The notes under the pieces were generated by a model. The model was not told the origin of the DNA and did not search any database. It saw nothing but the letters and a program-made list of their open reading frames with translations. Shown piece by piece: positions 15,325 to 28,078 of a stretch of 64,000 nt of DNA; the first letter of the stretch is position 1; each line of letters starts with the position of its first letter. The stretch is from Tubulanus polymorphus (Eukaryota > Animalia > Nemertea), in the NCBI RefSeq assembly GCF_964204645.1, contig NC_134026.1:26198150-26262149 (forward strand). The letters run 5' to 3'. Position numbers and translations under genes: made by a program.

Positions 15325-17416
15325 GTCAGTCACGCAAAAAAGTGAAACATTCGCATATAAACTTACTTTCTTCCATTGTGGTTTTAGTTCCTGAGAGTAA
15401 TCCTTTTAATCCACACATGCAAGTGAAGTAGCATGCTGGGATTTTGTGGTCTCTTTCAACATCACATAGAAGCTTTGTATAAATTAGTGTTAGTCATGAC
15501 ATCAGTGACGTTTTGTTTGTTTGAGTTAAGAGATTCCTTTTATTATAACAGCTTTTCCTGTAAGTTATTGGCGGCTAGTCATTCACATGTTTTTGTCCTA
15601 TCTTGATGAGAACTTGTAAAGCTCATAGCTAAAATGGTTAGCTGATATGGCTTCAGTAAAAGTCTCACATGAAAAGGACTGTAAAAGGACAAATAAAGGA
15701 ATTATCGTAGGAATGAGCAGTTTTGAATACATTTTTACAAGTCATAACTTAACCTGATGTACAATCGAATTTTAGGCATTTGTGCAAAAGATAGTTGTAA
15801 GTATGACTGCCATTTGATATTTCATGGACAGCTATGATCGTGTATCGTAATTTCCTAAAATAGTTGTGTCAGCAGCGTCACATGCATTTCGTCCATTGGT
15901 ATTAATTGGAAATTTATTTTTTAACTTGCACAAATTATTTAGTTTCACAAAAATACATGAAATTATCATGTTAATGTTTTCTTGAACTGTGGTAGGTTGG
16001 GATGAAAAAATGAAGAGATTCATTATGAAACATAATAGATGCAGTCTGTTCCTAAAAGCATTTCATAACTACATATTTATGCTGTTCATTAATGAATCTA
16101 CATTATTCGTCCATGATCAAAACAGATAGTCTTGTAGTACATTGCACATACTGTAAGCATAACAGATTGATAAAACAATATACAGGTAGTTCTTGTTAAA
16201 ATTCTGATGTTATTACATCTTTTCATCCTGGAAAGACAAGATCTGTTAACAAAAATTAGATATTTCATTTCTAGGAAAGGGTCCGAGAGCCTACTTCTTT
16301 GTCTTGTCCAACATAAGGGAAATGGCTTTCAAGACCATTTAAGCAGATGTGATTTTTGTAAATAAACAGTACTTACGGAAAATACCTAATTTATATGAAT
16401 TGTCTGATTATGCTTTTTGGGGAAATGGTAAAACTGGTACCGGAAAGGTAGATTCAATCATTTATTTCTGGTATCTTGTACAAAATTACATGTACATGTA
16501 TTGTTTCTATGTAAGACCTGAATTTTATTCTATGGTTTTGGATTTTGTAGTTCCCATGAAGGTTTGTTACGTAGGTGAATAAATTCTTTTTTGTGTTGCC
16601 AGCTTCATATGTTTTCTAAGAATAGAATGACATGTTTTTGTGTATTTATAAAAAACATTTTCATCTATGTATAGATGACAAACATCACAATTGTAATTGG
16701 GATAACTCATATTATACCAGTAAGATATATCTTCTGCCCACCGCTCTACTCTGGAAAGGTTAATATCAGTCTGGGATATTAGAATGGCTTACTCCTTTTT
16801 AATATGCCTAGTTTCTGTGAGGGATTGAAAATAATTGTTTGACATAAACAATCGCTGCTGAACAGATGAGCCTTGTTCAGAAAGCTGAGGATTGAAATTC
16901 TACTGTCGCTACATAGATAGATTTCTTCAATACCTGTGCTACTTTACTAAATGTCATATGTATAAAGTAAAACATCTCAAAATGTTCGTAAGTATATGTA
17001 ATAACTATTTAAAAATGCTTATTTTCAGTTGCATGTCATTTTAAACTTGTAGAATGGGTTATTCAGGAGCCACACTCACATGAAGAATTTTCAGATTAGG
17101 TTCTCTATATTTTGCAAATTACAAAATGTACAGCATTTTAGTCTGGGAGATATCTTAAGAAATCTGTTTTTTTCTCCTGTGGTGCTTTTGGAAATATTGA
17201 TCAATTTTGTTGATGAATAAATATTGATCATATAATATTATGATAGAAATATTTGATTTTTTCACTGAAGGTAATTTATCAACACGCAATGCCTCATGTA
17301 TCTATGGTGACTTTATTTAAAGATCTGAACCAATTTGATATACTGTTGATTTTCATTACATCGAATGAATCAACACAAAACAATTAAAACTTTTTAAGTA
17401 AAATGTAACGTTAATG

Positions 17417-18974
17417 TCACTGCGATCCATTCCAACATGCAATGCCTGCAATGTGATCTATATCCATTTTCATACCGTGACAAAGTTTGCGAGATAGATA
17501 CTCCTGCAGTGCATGAGGTATTACAAATGTCTTGACAACTTTTGGTAATCCAATGTGGTCATTTAACAGTAAAACTTCCTGAATTGTTTTACGACAGAGG
17601 TTCTTCAGGGTAAGCGGGCTGTTACATTGATCTATGTACCATATCATGAATGCATTATCGTCATCTCCTTGATCATCTTTACATAAATCCGGCGGAATTC
17701 CGGTTCCTTTCCACAAGGTCCATTCAGTGAAATTTAACATGTCACATCCAGCTCGGAACAAGGATCGGACACATGGCAATTGTAGTCTTAGATCATCACG
17801 ATACATTGCCATACTTAATGTGCTCATGCATACATATAATGGAGTTCTTCCACGATCGTCGACAGCATCAACATTACAGTGAGCTGATAACATAACCTCG
17901 GTGACTTTTGGAGATTTTCCATAGAGAGCAGCAATGTGTAACAGACCCAATCCACCTTCTGTGACTCTACAGTAAGAATTAATCACTAGTAAAAGATTGA
18001 AATCATTGTTATGAAATGGGGTATTTTTACATAGTTTGATAGCCAAAAATGTATCTTATAATTATCTTTTAATTACTAAATAAATACTGTCTATGACAAA
18101 CAATTCATCTCTACTCATACCGTCTATCACATGAATATAGTATTTTACAGATAATTATGAAATACATTTTTGGCTATCAAACTATATATGTAAAATACCC
18201 CATTTCATAACATCATTATAAGAAATGGCCTTCAGCTTAATTACTTGAAATTTTTCAACTGATCAAAAAGAAGCTAGATTATTATGAATGAAAGCCCTGC
18301 CTAAGTAAAAGATTACTTGCATTTGAATATCAGCGCCATGTTGTATAAAGCAGTTTCATACTCTCAGTATTGTTGTGTATCACATAGTTTTGCACTGCTA
18401 TACTGAGAGGAGTTTGTCCTAAGCCATTCCGTAGATTCACATCAGCACCTATAATTATGAATATTTAGTTCTATTTGAAAGTATGAGGGATAAGCATAAA
18501 GGTAAAATTACCTGCATCTAGCAAAAGTTGAATTAAGTGTGGCCTTCCGTGAAATGCTGCTTTATAAAGTGGACTATTACCAAATGAATCTGTTAAATTT
18601 ACTTGAGCTCCAGCTGCCAACAATATCTGAAGAATCAGGTTTAATTTTCATTTATTGAGGAGAAGCAATGACAATAGATATTAGCTTTGCAGCCAATTTT
18701 TACTAACCTTGGCTACATTGACAAAGTTTAGTGACACTGCACAGATAAGTGGAGTTGAACCATCTTTAATAGAGGGATTTGATGGATTTTGCCATGGGGC
18801 ATTGACATCAACTTTAGCTTCAATACATTGAAGGATATCTTCTCTTTGATTTCCCATAACAGCATAGTGTAGACGTAATACATCGGACGCCATGGTTTCA
18901 ATCGGATTATTGCAACTATTGCCCTCATCCACCTCATTTTCCATGAGATTGGGTGATGACTGACGGATTCCCAT
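17417..18974 (-). CDS. Ankyrin repeat and SOCS box protein (ASB family)
   Basis: Ankyrin repeats (LHYAVMGN...AKVDVN, GSTPLICAVSLN, GNSPLYKAAFHG, GQTPLSIAV, GLGLLHIAALYG, DDRGRTPLY) and C-terminal SOCS box SPLTLKNLCRKTIQ...IPHALQEYL. Exons about 18974-18708, 18626-18512, 18448-18317, 17966-17417. Confidence 0.88.
18007..18212. mobile_element. Ginger-like MITE (TGT...ACA termini, ~60-bp TIRs, 4-bp TSD TCAT) in the ASB intron
   Basis: TGTTATGAAATGGGGTATTTT...TAGTTTGATAGCCAAAAATGTAT at the left end is mirrored at 18149-18212; TCAT flanks both ends (18003-18006, 18213-18216). Confidence 0.8.
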
Positions 18975-19181
18975 TTATATTGTTTAGGCCTTACCTACTT
19001 CAAAGTAAAAAGATATAATACTCTGATACTACCAGGTACTACACATCATAGGACACTAGCGTAAACATTGCGCACCGGGGTATCTTTATGGCCAATCTTT
19101 ATCCGCCGTAGCTCCAGAGAAAAACCTAGGCACACGTAAATGCCTTGTCCTATTAGAATAATGAAAAGCCATTTGACATTA

Positions 19182-19478
19182 GGGAATACCATTGTTTGGG
19201 AATCCCCGAATCTAAACTATGACGTCATCACGCTTTGCCGCGCGCTACATGACGAAGTAAAATCAAAATAACTTTATTGATAGTCCTATTAGCTTTGGTC
19301 CCACCCTCTCGGCATTCAGATTATAATCTAATTGATAATTCTAATTAAAGTCCTCTACCAGTAGGAGTAAGATGCGCTGCACTTGCATACCAAAGATGTA
19401 ACTTGTTATTCCATGATTCCCCTCACACACAGTTTTGGGATTGAGTGGGTTTTCCGTGGGTTTTCCCCATTGCGCACA
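19182..19478. promoter_or_regulatory. Cluster of NF-kappaB, CRE and C/EBP-like sites in the divergent ASB / TNIP-like promoter
   Basis: GGGAATCCCC 19198-19207 (perfect kappaB), GGGTTTTCCC 19458-19467, near-sites GGGAATACCA 19182 and GGGTTTTCCG 19447, TGACGTCA 19220-19227, ATTGCGCACA 19469. A likely 5'UTR exon donor GTAAGT follows at 19569. Confidence 0.6.
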
Positions 19479-19808
19479 TCCTCTATTCGCGTGCCATTGT
19501 CCAACCTCCAATTCCGACAAAACAGGTTACAAACACTGCGTAATCGTATCATTCTCGTGAACTGGTCGGTAAGTAAAGATTGTTGGTGGTGGTCCCAATA
19601 GAAGTTTTTGTTTCGGTTGTTGTTTACAAGGAAAAATAAGCTTAAACCCCTCGAGGAGGGCTGTGGCCTTCTTGGGCTTGGCCCCCTGCTGGGGGAGGGG
19701 GTAGCCTGAATACCAGTCGTTGTTACGGGTTCCCTTGTTTGGGGAACAACGGCCAGGTAGGCCTACTAGACTAAGGGAGCTGGGGTAGTTTTACCTAACT
19801 GTTGGCGG

Positions 19809-19926
19809 CACAGGAACCTGAAAAAAAATCCTAGGTACTGCTGTATATAAAAAAACATATAGTTTTTTTTTATATATAGTACCTAGGGTACTGGGGTCCA
19901 AAAATTTTGTTTGTCAGGTCCCTGTG
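19809..19926. mobile_element. hAT-type MITE, 118 bp, 8-bp TSD GTTGGCGG
   Basis: TIRs CACAGGAACCTGA / TCAGGTCCCTGTG (12/13); internal palindrome CCTAGGTACT...AGTACCTAGG; GTTGGCGG at 19801-19808 and 19927-19934. Confidence 0.85.
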
Positions 19927-19987
19927 GTTGGCGGCAAGCTTTTACAATCGGATCGGTGTGAAAATGATGGTGAAACTAAACCACAGA

Positions 19988-20267
19988 CATTGGCGTCCCT
20001 AGGGGGGGTTAGGTAGTTCGAACAAATCCCCTTTTTTGAATCTTCAAACGTCGACGAACGTCAGCACATGGTCTGCATCTGCTAAATTAGCAAAATAATA
20101 ATCGATTCATGCAAAGTAAATGGGAACCAGTCTACCTGTCGGCCTCAGATTGCACCAGAGCGCGCCTGCTTGCAAGAAATTTTCAAAAATTTTCTGGGGA
20201 GGACCCCCAGACCCCTCTATTCCTAAAAACGAACCCCCCTAAAAATATCCTGCTGAGGACGCCCATG
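19988..20267. mobile_element. Non-autonomous DNA element with 5-bp TSD (hAT5-like)
   Basis: TIRs CATTGGCGTCC / GGACGCCCATG (10/11); ACAGA on both flanks; subterminal GGGGGG..TTCGAAC / CGAACCCCCC motifs. Confidence 0.7.
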
Positions 20268-20593
20268 ACAGACAGGTTACTTAGACGGATTCTGGACATG
20301 GTACATACGGGGTGGTGAAATGTGCCATGAAAAATATTCTGGTGACATTTCGAAGGTTCTTCTAGACTTTTGGCAATATGGCTAATATAGTCTAGATTCA
20401 CCCGACACGTATTAACCATCATCTTATTGTCTTGTAACAAGCCCCTGTGAATGAGATGATGTACTTGTTCCCAAGTTTGTCAAGATTCTAAGACCCTGCA
20501 TGCTCTCTGGTAGGCAATTAGCCTTCAATACTACGTAAGATCCACTCCTGTACTGTAGTACTTTACTATACTTCGATCAAACATTTTCAGACT

Positions 20594-23500
20594 ATGAGCA
20601 GCGGTACTAGTAGTCAAGGTGTGAATAGAAGTCATGTTAAGACGAAAAAGAAGAAAAAAGCAACAAAAGAGGCATCTCCTGCATCAGCAGTGATTACAGA
20701 TCAATCATTGGACATGTCTCATTTGGTAACAGCTCTACAAACTGCAAAAATACAAGAAAGACGTTTGAAAATTGTTAACTCTCGACTCGCGGATGAGCTA
20801 GATGAAAAAGAACAGACATTGATTGATAATGAACAGCAAATCCATACGTATAGATACCATGTACAGTATCTTCAAGAACTATTACGTGAGAATAATCTCC
20901 CATTTACAGTAGAGGTTAATAGAACTTTAATGCCTGGTGTTTCTGAAGAAATAGCTCATCAACTAAGAACAGAAAATGCGACATTGAAATATGAACTCAA
21001 TTATTCGAAATGTGATTATTATGATATGCAGGAAATTGTTGAGGTGAGTTTGAACAATGAAGCATTTGACTTTTTTTCTGAAGTTTTCCACAAAAATAAA
21101 TTATTAGGGAAAAGTACATTATCATAGGGTGCAGTTGTATGTCTGAAAAAGTGATGAGGAAAACTTTAGACTAACATTACTTTATTTCCAACATTCCAGG
21201 CAAATCGATCTCTTTACAAGGAACTGGAAGCAAAGAATAATTCAATTACTGAATTAGAAGATAAAATAAAACATCTGGAAACTGTGCAAACTGCTGGCAG
21301 TTGTAAAGAAGTTTATGCTCTTCAAGAAGAACTGAAAAAGCACATTGAGAAAGAGACATTACAAGAGATAATATGTAACAGTCTTTACTATGAAACGGAA
21401 GGATTCAAACAAAGTTTGCTGAAAGCTGAAGAAGAAATTCAAAAATATATGATGGGTACTGAAATCGATGGGAAAATCAATGGTGATAAGGTAAAATCTT
21501 TAAGATTTTGATGTGATTTTGTCCTCCGCCTTAATTTTGAGAACGTTATTTGATAAACGACATCAATATATATTTGTCTTCAAGGTAATAGCAACTAGCC
21601 CAGAGGAAAAAAAGGAAACTCTTGCATTGAGGGCAAAATTTAAGGAGGTTAGTTTTTGTTGTGTGAAATTTCATATCCAGAAAGCTTGAAATTCAGAAAA
21701 GATCTTTGAAATGACAATGACGCATTTTAGGTAGTGGAATTAAACAAGAAATGGCAAACTTATAACAATGAACAACAGGCTGTTATGAAAACACTGAAAT
21801 CGAGGGTTGAGGATCTGGAGAAAATTATTAAAACAACTGCCACCAAAGGAGAGGCAGAGCGAGGAAAAGAAGTAATTGAAAAATTTATCAAAGTTCATAC
21901 AAATGAACTTGATAGAATTCAGCATGAAAAAGCACAGGTAACAGCTCTCTAATGTTCGTATGTAATTTTCAACAAATCCAATTTCTATATTCTGTTTGTA
22001 TATGTATATTGGTTATTTATTAAGTTATTTACGTTTTTATTAGTAACTACCAGTATGGTTATTTTTAGGCAGAAAACGAACTGAAAAAATCCAAGTTAGA
22101 TCTAATGGAGGCCAAAAAGTGTATTGAAACTGAGAAGTTGTTGAAAGAAGCATTAGAAAAAGAACTTCATAATTTAAAAGCTGCAAAGGTACCTTAAACA
22201 GTTACATTTACCTGTATTTTTATGCGGTGTTTTAGCTCTAAACTATGAATGTATTCTACAGGTGGATGTATTGTCTGAAAATACAGCTCAAACAGAAATG
22301 ACAAATTTGAGATCAAAGTATAAAGAGGTAAAATAAATTGTGTATTTGTTTGATTACTACTAGTGACTTAACCCTCCGAATGAATACTCATTACAAGTGC
22401 AAAAATCCATTGCTGTAGAATCAACTCTGTGGAAAGATTTTCAAGGCATTCAAAAATATGTTATTTTTATTATAAAGGTTGTTGAAGTGAACAAGAAATG
22501 GCAGATCTATGGTAATGCTAATGATAGTAAGATGAATGCAATGCAAAAGCGTATTTTGGAGCTGGAAAAGCAACTGGAAGAGCGAGATGTAAATAGCGAT
22601 TTACCTGAAAAATCTGATGTTGAACATGCTGGTAGTTTGTCAGAGATAAATGTTATTAAATCAAAACTTAAAGAGGTGGGAGATGATTGTGCATATGATT
22701 TTGACATGTGTATTCTATAGTTTTATAGTATTTTATATTGTTTGATATCATATTGATAGAGTATGGCACAAAATGTCAAATGGCAAGTGTACAATAATGA
22801 TCTACAGACGAAGATGAAAGATTCAGCCACTCGAATGAAAGAACTTGAGGCAATCATTGAGAGCACAGTTCAAACTGGACAAGATGCTGAGGCAACTAGA
22901 CAATTACTCGAACTTAACAAGAATGAATTGTTAAGAGTTCAGGAGGAGAATAATGCAGTAAGATTTTACAACTATATTCTTATCTTAGTCCTTGTAAAAT
23001 CCCTTTGAAGATATTTTTAGAACACAACTTTCCAAAATTTTCAGTTTTCAACACGAATGAATGCATATAATGAAGTGCTGGAGAAACTGCGAATGACTGA
23101 GAGGCAATTATCTGAATCTGAAAGAGCTAAAGAACAGTTTCATACCTATGGCATTGAATTGAAGCAAGAGAAGTGTAAAAATGCTGAATTTATTAAAAAA
23201 TTAGACCGAATGAGAAGCGACATTAAGCAGTTGCAAGCAGACAAGCGTACATTAAAAAAACAAAATCAAGAATTGCAGATTAAATTATCTCAACTTGGTA
23301 TGTTCTGTTTTGATGATAAGGTTATAGAATTTGTGTCATAATGAAACCATGCATTTATGATCTATTAATCGATAAACTAGGTCCTGCACAAGCTGAAGCT
23401 TCCATTCATCCAGAGCTTAAATCACAGTACGAATCGCATATAAATCATCTACAATCCGAATTGTATTCAGCTGAGCAGCGTATGAAATCAATGGAAAATT

Positions 23501-24254
23501 CACAGACCTTTGTCAAACCTTCTGTTGGGGTAAATAACCTTTAAGCTTCTATTTACATACAAGACTTTATTTGTTGATGTGTACTGGTATATGAATTTAT
23601 TGGATTGAATTTTTATTTTTCTCAGGGCGGCTTGGAAAAGTTGAAAAGAGAATGGTCAACTTATACACAGTACCGGCAGCGTTCAATTAGTTCAGCCAGT
23701 TCCCTGTCATCTCTGCAGCAGGTAATTAATACCAGTCACTAGGGATCTAGGGACACCACGCGCCTACATGGTGACACGCTTGACAATCTGACAATTTCAA
23801 TATTCACATTAACATTTATTCACATTAAAACTTTCGACAAGTTGCATATAATTCAATATTGAACAACAATGCTACTGGTCGGCCATCTTGATTCTGATTG
23901 GACCAGTTTTCAATTGCAATGTCTTCAAAACTTCCCAACAATTCCGTTCACGGATGAACACATTTGCTAAAAATGTTTTTTTCGTTACTTTCCAGCTTTG
24001 AGACACTATTCATAATTCTTAATGTGAGATAACTTGTTATTGTGTAATTGCAGGTACCTGTATATGTTCGATCGGCTTCCCAAACTCCAGTGTCACCAGA
24101 CAGTCAACTAAAATCACCAAATAGTCCGCCTTTTGACCCACCAACTGGTGTATGTGTCACCCCTATGGAAAAGTGTCCATATTGCAGACAGAACTTCAAG
24201 ATTACAGAAATGGACGAGCACAATAAAGGCTGTCATGAGAAAATGAAGAAATGA
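20594..24254 (+). CDS. Coiled-coil protein of the TNIP2/CEP55/NEMO group: three EABR-like repeats, degenerate UBAN, C-terminal CCHC zinc finger
   Basis: About 13 coding exons, mostly phase 0. Repeats VVELNKKWQTYN, VVEVNKKWQIYG, SMAQNVKWQVYN resemble TNIP2 VEDLNAKWQRYN and CEP55 LEKNQQWLVYD. KEQFHTYGIELKQEK is in UBAN register. C-terminal CPYCRQNFKITEMDEHNKGC. The gene is well supported; the family call is moderate. Confidence 0.7.
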
Positions 24255-24513
24255 GTATGCGCATACTGGGTGGCACCTGGTTTTTGCTTCGATTGAGGCC
24301 ATTCTGCATGCAATCTAGATCCATGTGGGTTGAAAACTTGAATGGGTGAATGCAACTACTCTTGCAGTTCTTGGATTGATGCATACCGGTATTGCTATAC
24401 CTGAAGGATCCTTTCGACCTTCATACTGTAGATTGGTATTGAAGTTAGGTTCCCAAGTTTGATTCTGCTTTAACAAGAATCAAGTAGAATTAAACTGTAG
24501 GAGTAACTATGTA

Positions 24514-24665
24514 CAGTCAACCCCCGATATACCGCCCTCCCATATACCACCATCCCCGCCTACCGTCAGTTTTTCTCAATGTACAGACCCCCGATATACC
24601 GCCATACTCTCTATACCGCCAAAATCGTTCAGCACCGATGTTGGCGGTATATCGGGGGTTGACTG
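24514..24665. mobile_element. Tc1/mariner (pogo/Tigger-like) MITE, 152 bp, TA TSD
   Basis: Perfect 23-bp TIRs CAGTCAACCCCCGATATACCGCC / GGCGGTATATCGGGGGTTGACTG flanked by TA; internal repeats of TATACCGCC. Confidence 0.93.
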
Positions 24666-24929
24666 TATTTGTAAACAGGTGATAGATAGATCATGTATAT
24701 ACTTAAAAACAGTGCGAATCAAAGACTGATTTAAAGAAAATTTGTAATTAATGACAATTCAACTGATTATTTATTTCATACCTCATGGAGCATTAATGCA
24801 TTTACATGTATCAATATATCACTTTTAGATTAAGGTTATTATTGAAAGAACTCTGTGGATTTGTATACACAATCTATTATATCAGGAGTAGAAAACTAGC
24901 ACATGTTTATCATTGACAATTCCTGCATA

Positions 24930-26470
24930 TTAGCCTTTCATTTGTTCATACAACTTGGGCACGTAATCATCAAATTCTGCCCAGTAGAAATTTCCTGCAA
25001 CCAATTTCAAGTCATGCTTTTTGGCGAATTCTCTTGCTTTCCAACTAGCCCGACCATTTGCAGAGCGATTTGTGAGCTTACTCATCCCAGCAAATGTTTG
25101 CTTTGCTTTTTGCTCATAGATAAGGAAAACATAACGATGGAGACCTAGAATTTTATAAACAATATAAAACATGATGATGAATTTTACAAATTCATCCATT
25201 ATTAGAAATTGAATATGACTTAATCGGTTTTGATACCTGTCCCTTTAGGAGGTCCTGATCCAATGTATTCAGACATGATTTCTCCATTAGTGACATCACT
25301 ACCTGGTATGTTCGCTACACACCAGTGATGCCACTCCCCAAATTTCGGATTTTGTTTTGAAGGAGCATCAGGATCTAACATATATAAGAATGATCTATGA
25401 TCATGTACCGATATCGATAGAAAGACTGGATCATTATTCATTGAACATAGCTTGACTTCAATGAATTATATTTATTTACCATGCATCAGCAGACTGTAGT
25501 ATGTTCCTTCCTTAGCCGTCCATTCAACTGTTGGGACATGCTGTACCTGAAAGAAATTTACCAAACAAATTCTCAATTGTACCAGGTTATAATATTAGTA
25601 TTATAATCTAATATTATTAATTAAGTTGAAATGATCGTAACAATACCTGAGTAGGTGTAAGGACAACACCAGGACTCACTGACAGACCACCATTGTAGGT
25701 TACCTTTACCAATGAATAGAATGCAGCACCTTAACATTTTGTACAGATAATATGGAGAAAAAAGGTGCGTTATTTATTCACTTCTCACAAATCATGTATA
25801 TACGTGTATATAGAAACAGATTTGATATTTTGAGGTCAACGACTTGCAGAAAATAGTTTGAAGTGGGTTTTCGTTTTATTGCCTTTCCTTTTTGTTCTCG
25901 TGATTTATGTTAAGAAAATAAAGGACAAACTTAAACGTCTTTTTTATGGAGAGAAATTGTGTTTCTCATGACCAGTGCAAAACGGAGAGGATGGGACAGT
26001 GATTATTTTTCCATAGTATGTGGAGAGCACAGAAAGGCATTCGGAAGTAGGAATTTTTCCACTCTAACCATTTCAATGGTATACCTGGGAATATACAATA
26101 TCTACATAACAACAGAAAAATAAACTTTTCTTGATGAAATATAACAAAGTTATGCATACACTTTTTACAATATATCAATTATTGGAGGAATCTATTTACA
26201 TCTCGGCCTATTTTGATGAATTTAGCTAACTTTTAAGGCAGCCGATGGAATTGCTGCCATCTGTCTTTGGAACCAATAACTAATGCAACGGCAAATATTT
26301 CTCCGTAGCGCAAGTCTGATAAGATGACATGTTGCGGTTTCGGTAAAAATCTGAATAAATTTACTCTAAAAAACAGTAGCTGTTATTGAAATTAATACCT
26401 TAGCTATCGCAGGAGGGGCTTCGTCCAAAACATCTTTTACAACACCGTGCTTTGCGAATTCAGACGCCAT
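24930..26470 (-). CDS. PEBP: Phosphatidylethanolamine-binding protein (PEBP/RKIP/OV-16 family), 5 exons
   Basis: [20 protein letters not shown]...|[19 protein letters not shown]|VQHVPTVEW...YYSLLMH|[25 protein letters not shown]...[10 protein letters not shown]|[12 protein letters not shown]...[27 protein letters not shown] and GLHRY family motifs. Confidence 0.96.
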
Positions 26471-27514
26471 GTTTCCGATGAGAGTGGCGGCATATTTGAA
26501 CCGCTTTTAAAATCACAATAACACTACATAACTTGTTGGTCGTTTTCCTTTTTATTTTTGATCACCCACATAAAATGCACAGGGGCTCGTCGTTGAAGTT
26601 TGAGGTGTATTTTAAGGGGCTGATCCAGTGAAATTATTACTCAGATCTGCCTGGCGAAACGCATAGGTTTGGGGATCTTCGGGAGAACTTCCCCAAGAAA
26701 ACATTGAAAAATAATTCGTTTTCTTTGTATCTAAGGCATTCTGGACCTGTCAGATTAGGTACGGAATATGTTAGTCATATTTTTCTGACTATGCTGGCGA
26801 CTAACAGTGGAATATAGGCCCCTGTACCAGGTTGTACCGGGTAATGATCCACCGGCCTGATTTGCACGCATGGCAGCATCACAACGAGCCCTTGTGGTTA
26901 AAAAATTAGCTTTAAGAATATTCAACTAGATTTTGAGCCACCTTCTCAATTTATGTTCACATCCTCAAATTCAAGATTTTATTTAAAATTTGTCAAAAAG
27001 AATTCTTATCTGGTACTGCATCGTCATCGAGATTTTGATCATGTCATCGCCACAATTACAATTTTCGTGCAATGTTTCAGCACGGTTTTGGAGCTTGTTC
27101 TAATTTGACTAGAAACGGGATTCGAGGATAATCGAGACTAATCAGTAGTTTTTCCGTACTCATTATAAGAAGCTACTCCACCCTCAACATCATCAACATG
27201 GACGAGTCGTGTGTGGGATGCTGATAAATCAGATGCTGCAGTTGCAGTCACATTCTCGGCGACAAATCCGATACACATATCAAAGGCTAGTCGCGGAGAG
27301 GTAAGGTTTTATGCAATACTATTTCAATGTTATCAATATATGTATATATATTGCGGTACTGAGTTTACATTAAAACTGGATGTATATTTATCTTGAGTAT
27401 TGAGAGACGACGGGCGGAACGATTAGATTTATATACAAAATATATGTATATTTCATGTACATATGGAATAATGAGTGATGGCAATGACAAATAAGATATG
27501 CAAACACACGTATT

Positions 27515-27745
27515 CAGGGGCGGATTTAGTACACGAACCCCTGGGCTGCCTTTTCCAATGAGGTTGCCCTTTTTTCCAAGACAAAGATCGTTAAACCAGC
27601 AAATTTGTCACGCACTCTTCATCGGGAATTGGATGTACGCATTTCCCCAAAAATATCTGGGACCTCGATGACATGGCTGCTTCATCTGAAAAGGCCTTTT
27701 CTTGTCTTCTGGATATGCCTTCCAAATTTCCTCGATCCGCCCCTG
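27515..27745. mobile_element. Non-autonomous DNA element with 5-bp TSD (hAT5-like MITE) in the neurensin 5'UTR intron
   Basis: TIRs CAGGGGCGGAT / ATCCGCCCCTG (11/11); GTATT immediately on both sides. Confidence 0.85.
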
Positions 27746-27819
27746 GTATTCGCCGTCATCTTCCACATTATTAAGAAATTCAAAAAGCAACTATATTTCC
27801 GACAAGATTTAAATCTTAA

Positions 27820-28078
<259 letters not shown>

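Noticed and set aside
26578-26896. MITE with CACA(G/A)GGGCTCGT termini between PEBP and neurensin
   Set aside because: TIR-like match but no TSD; probably nested remnants with unsupported boundaries.
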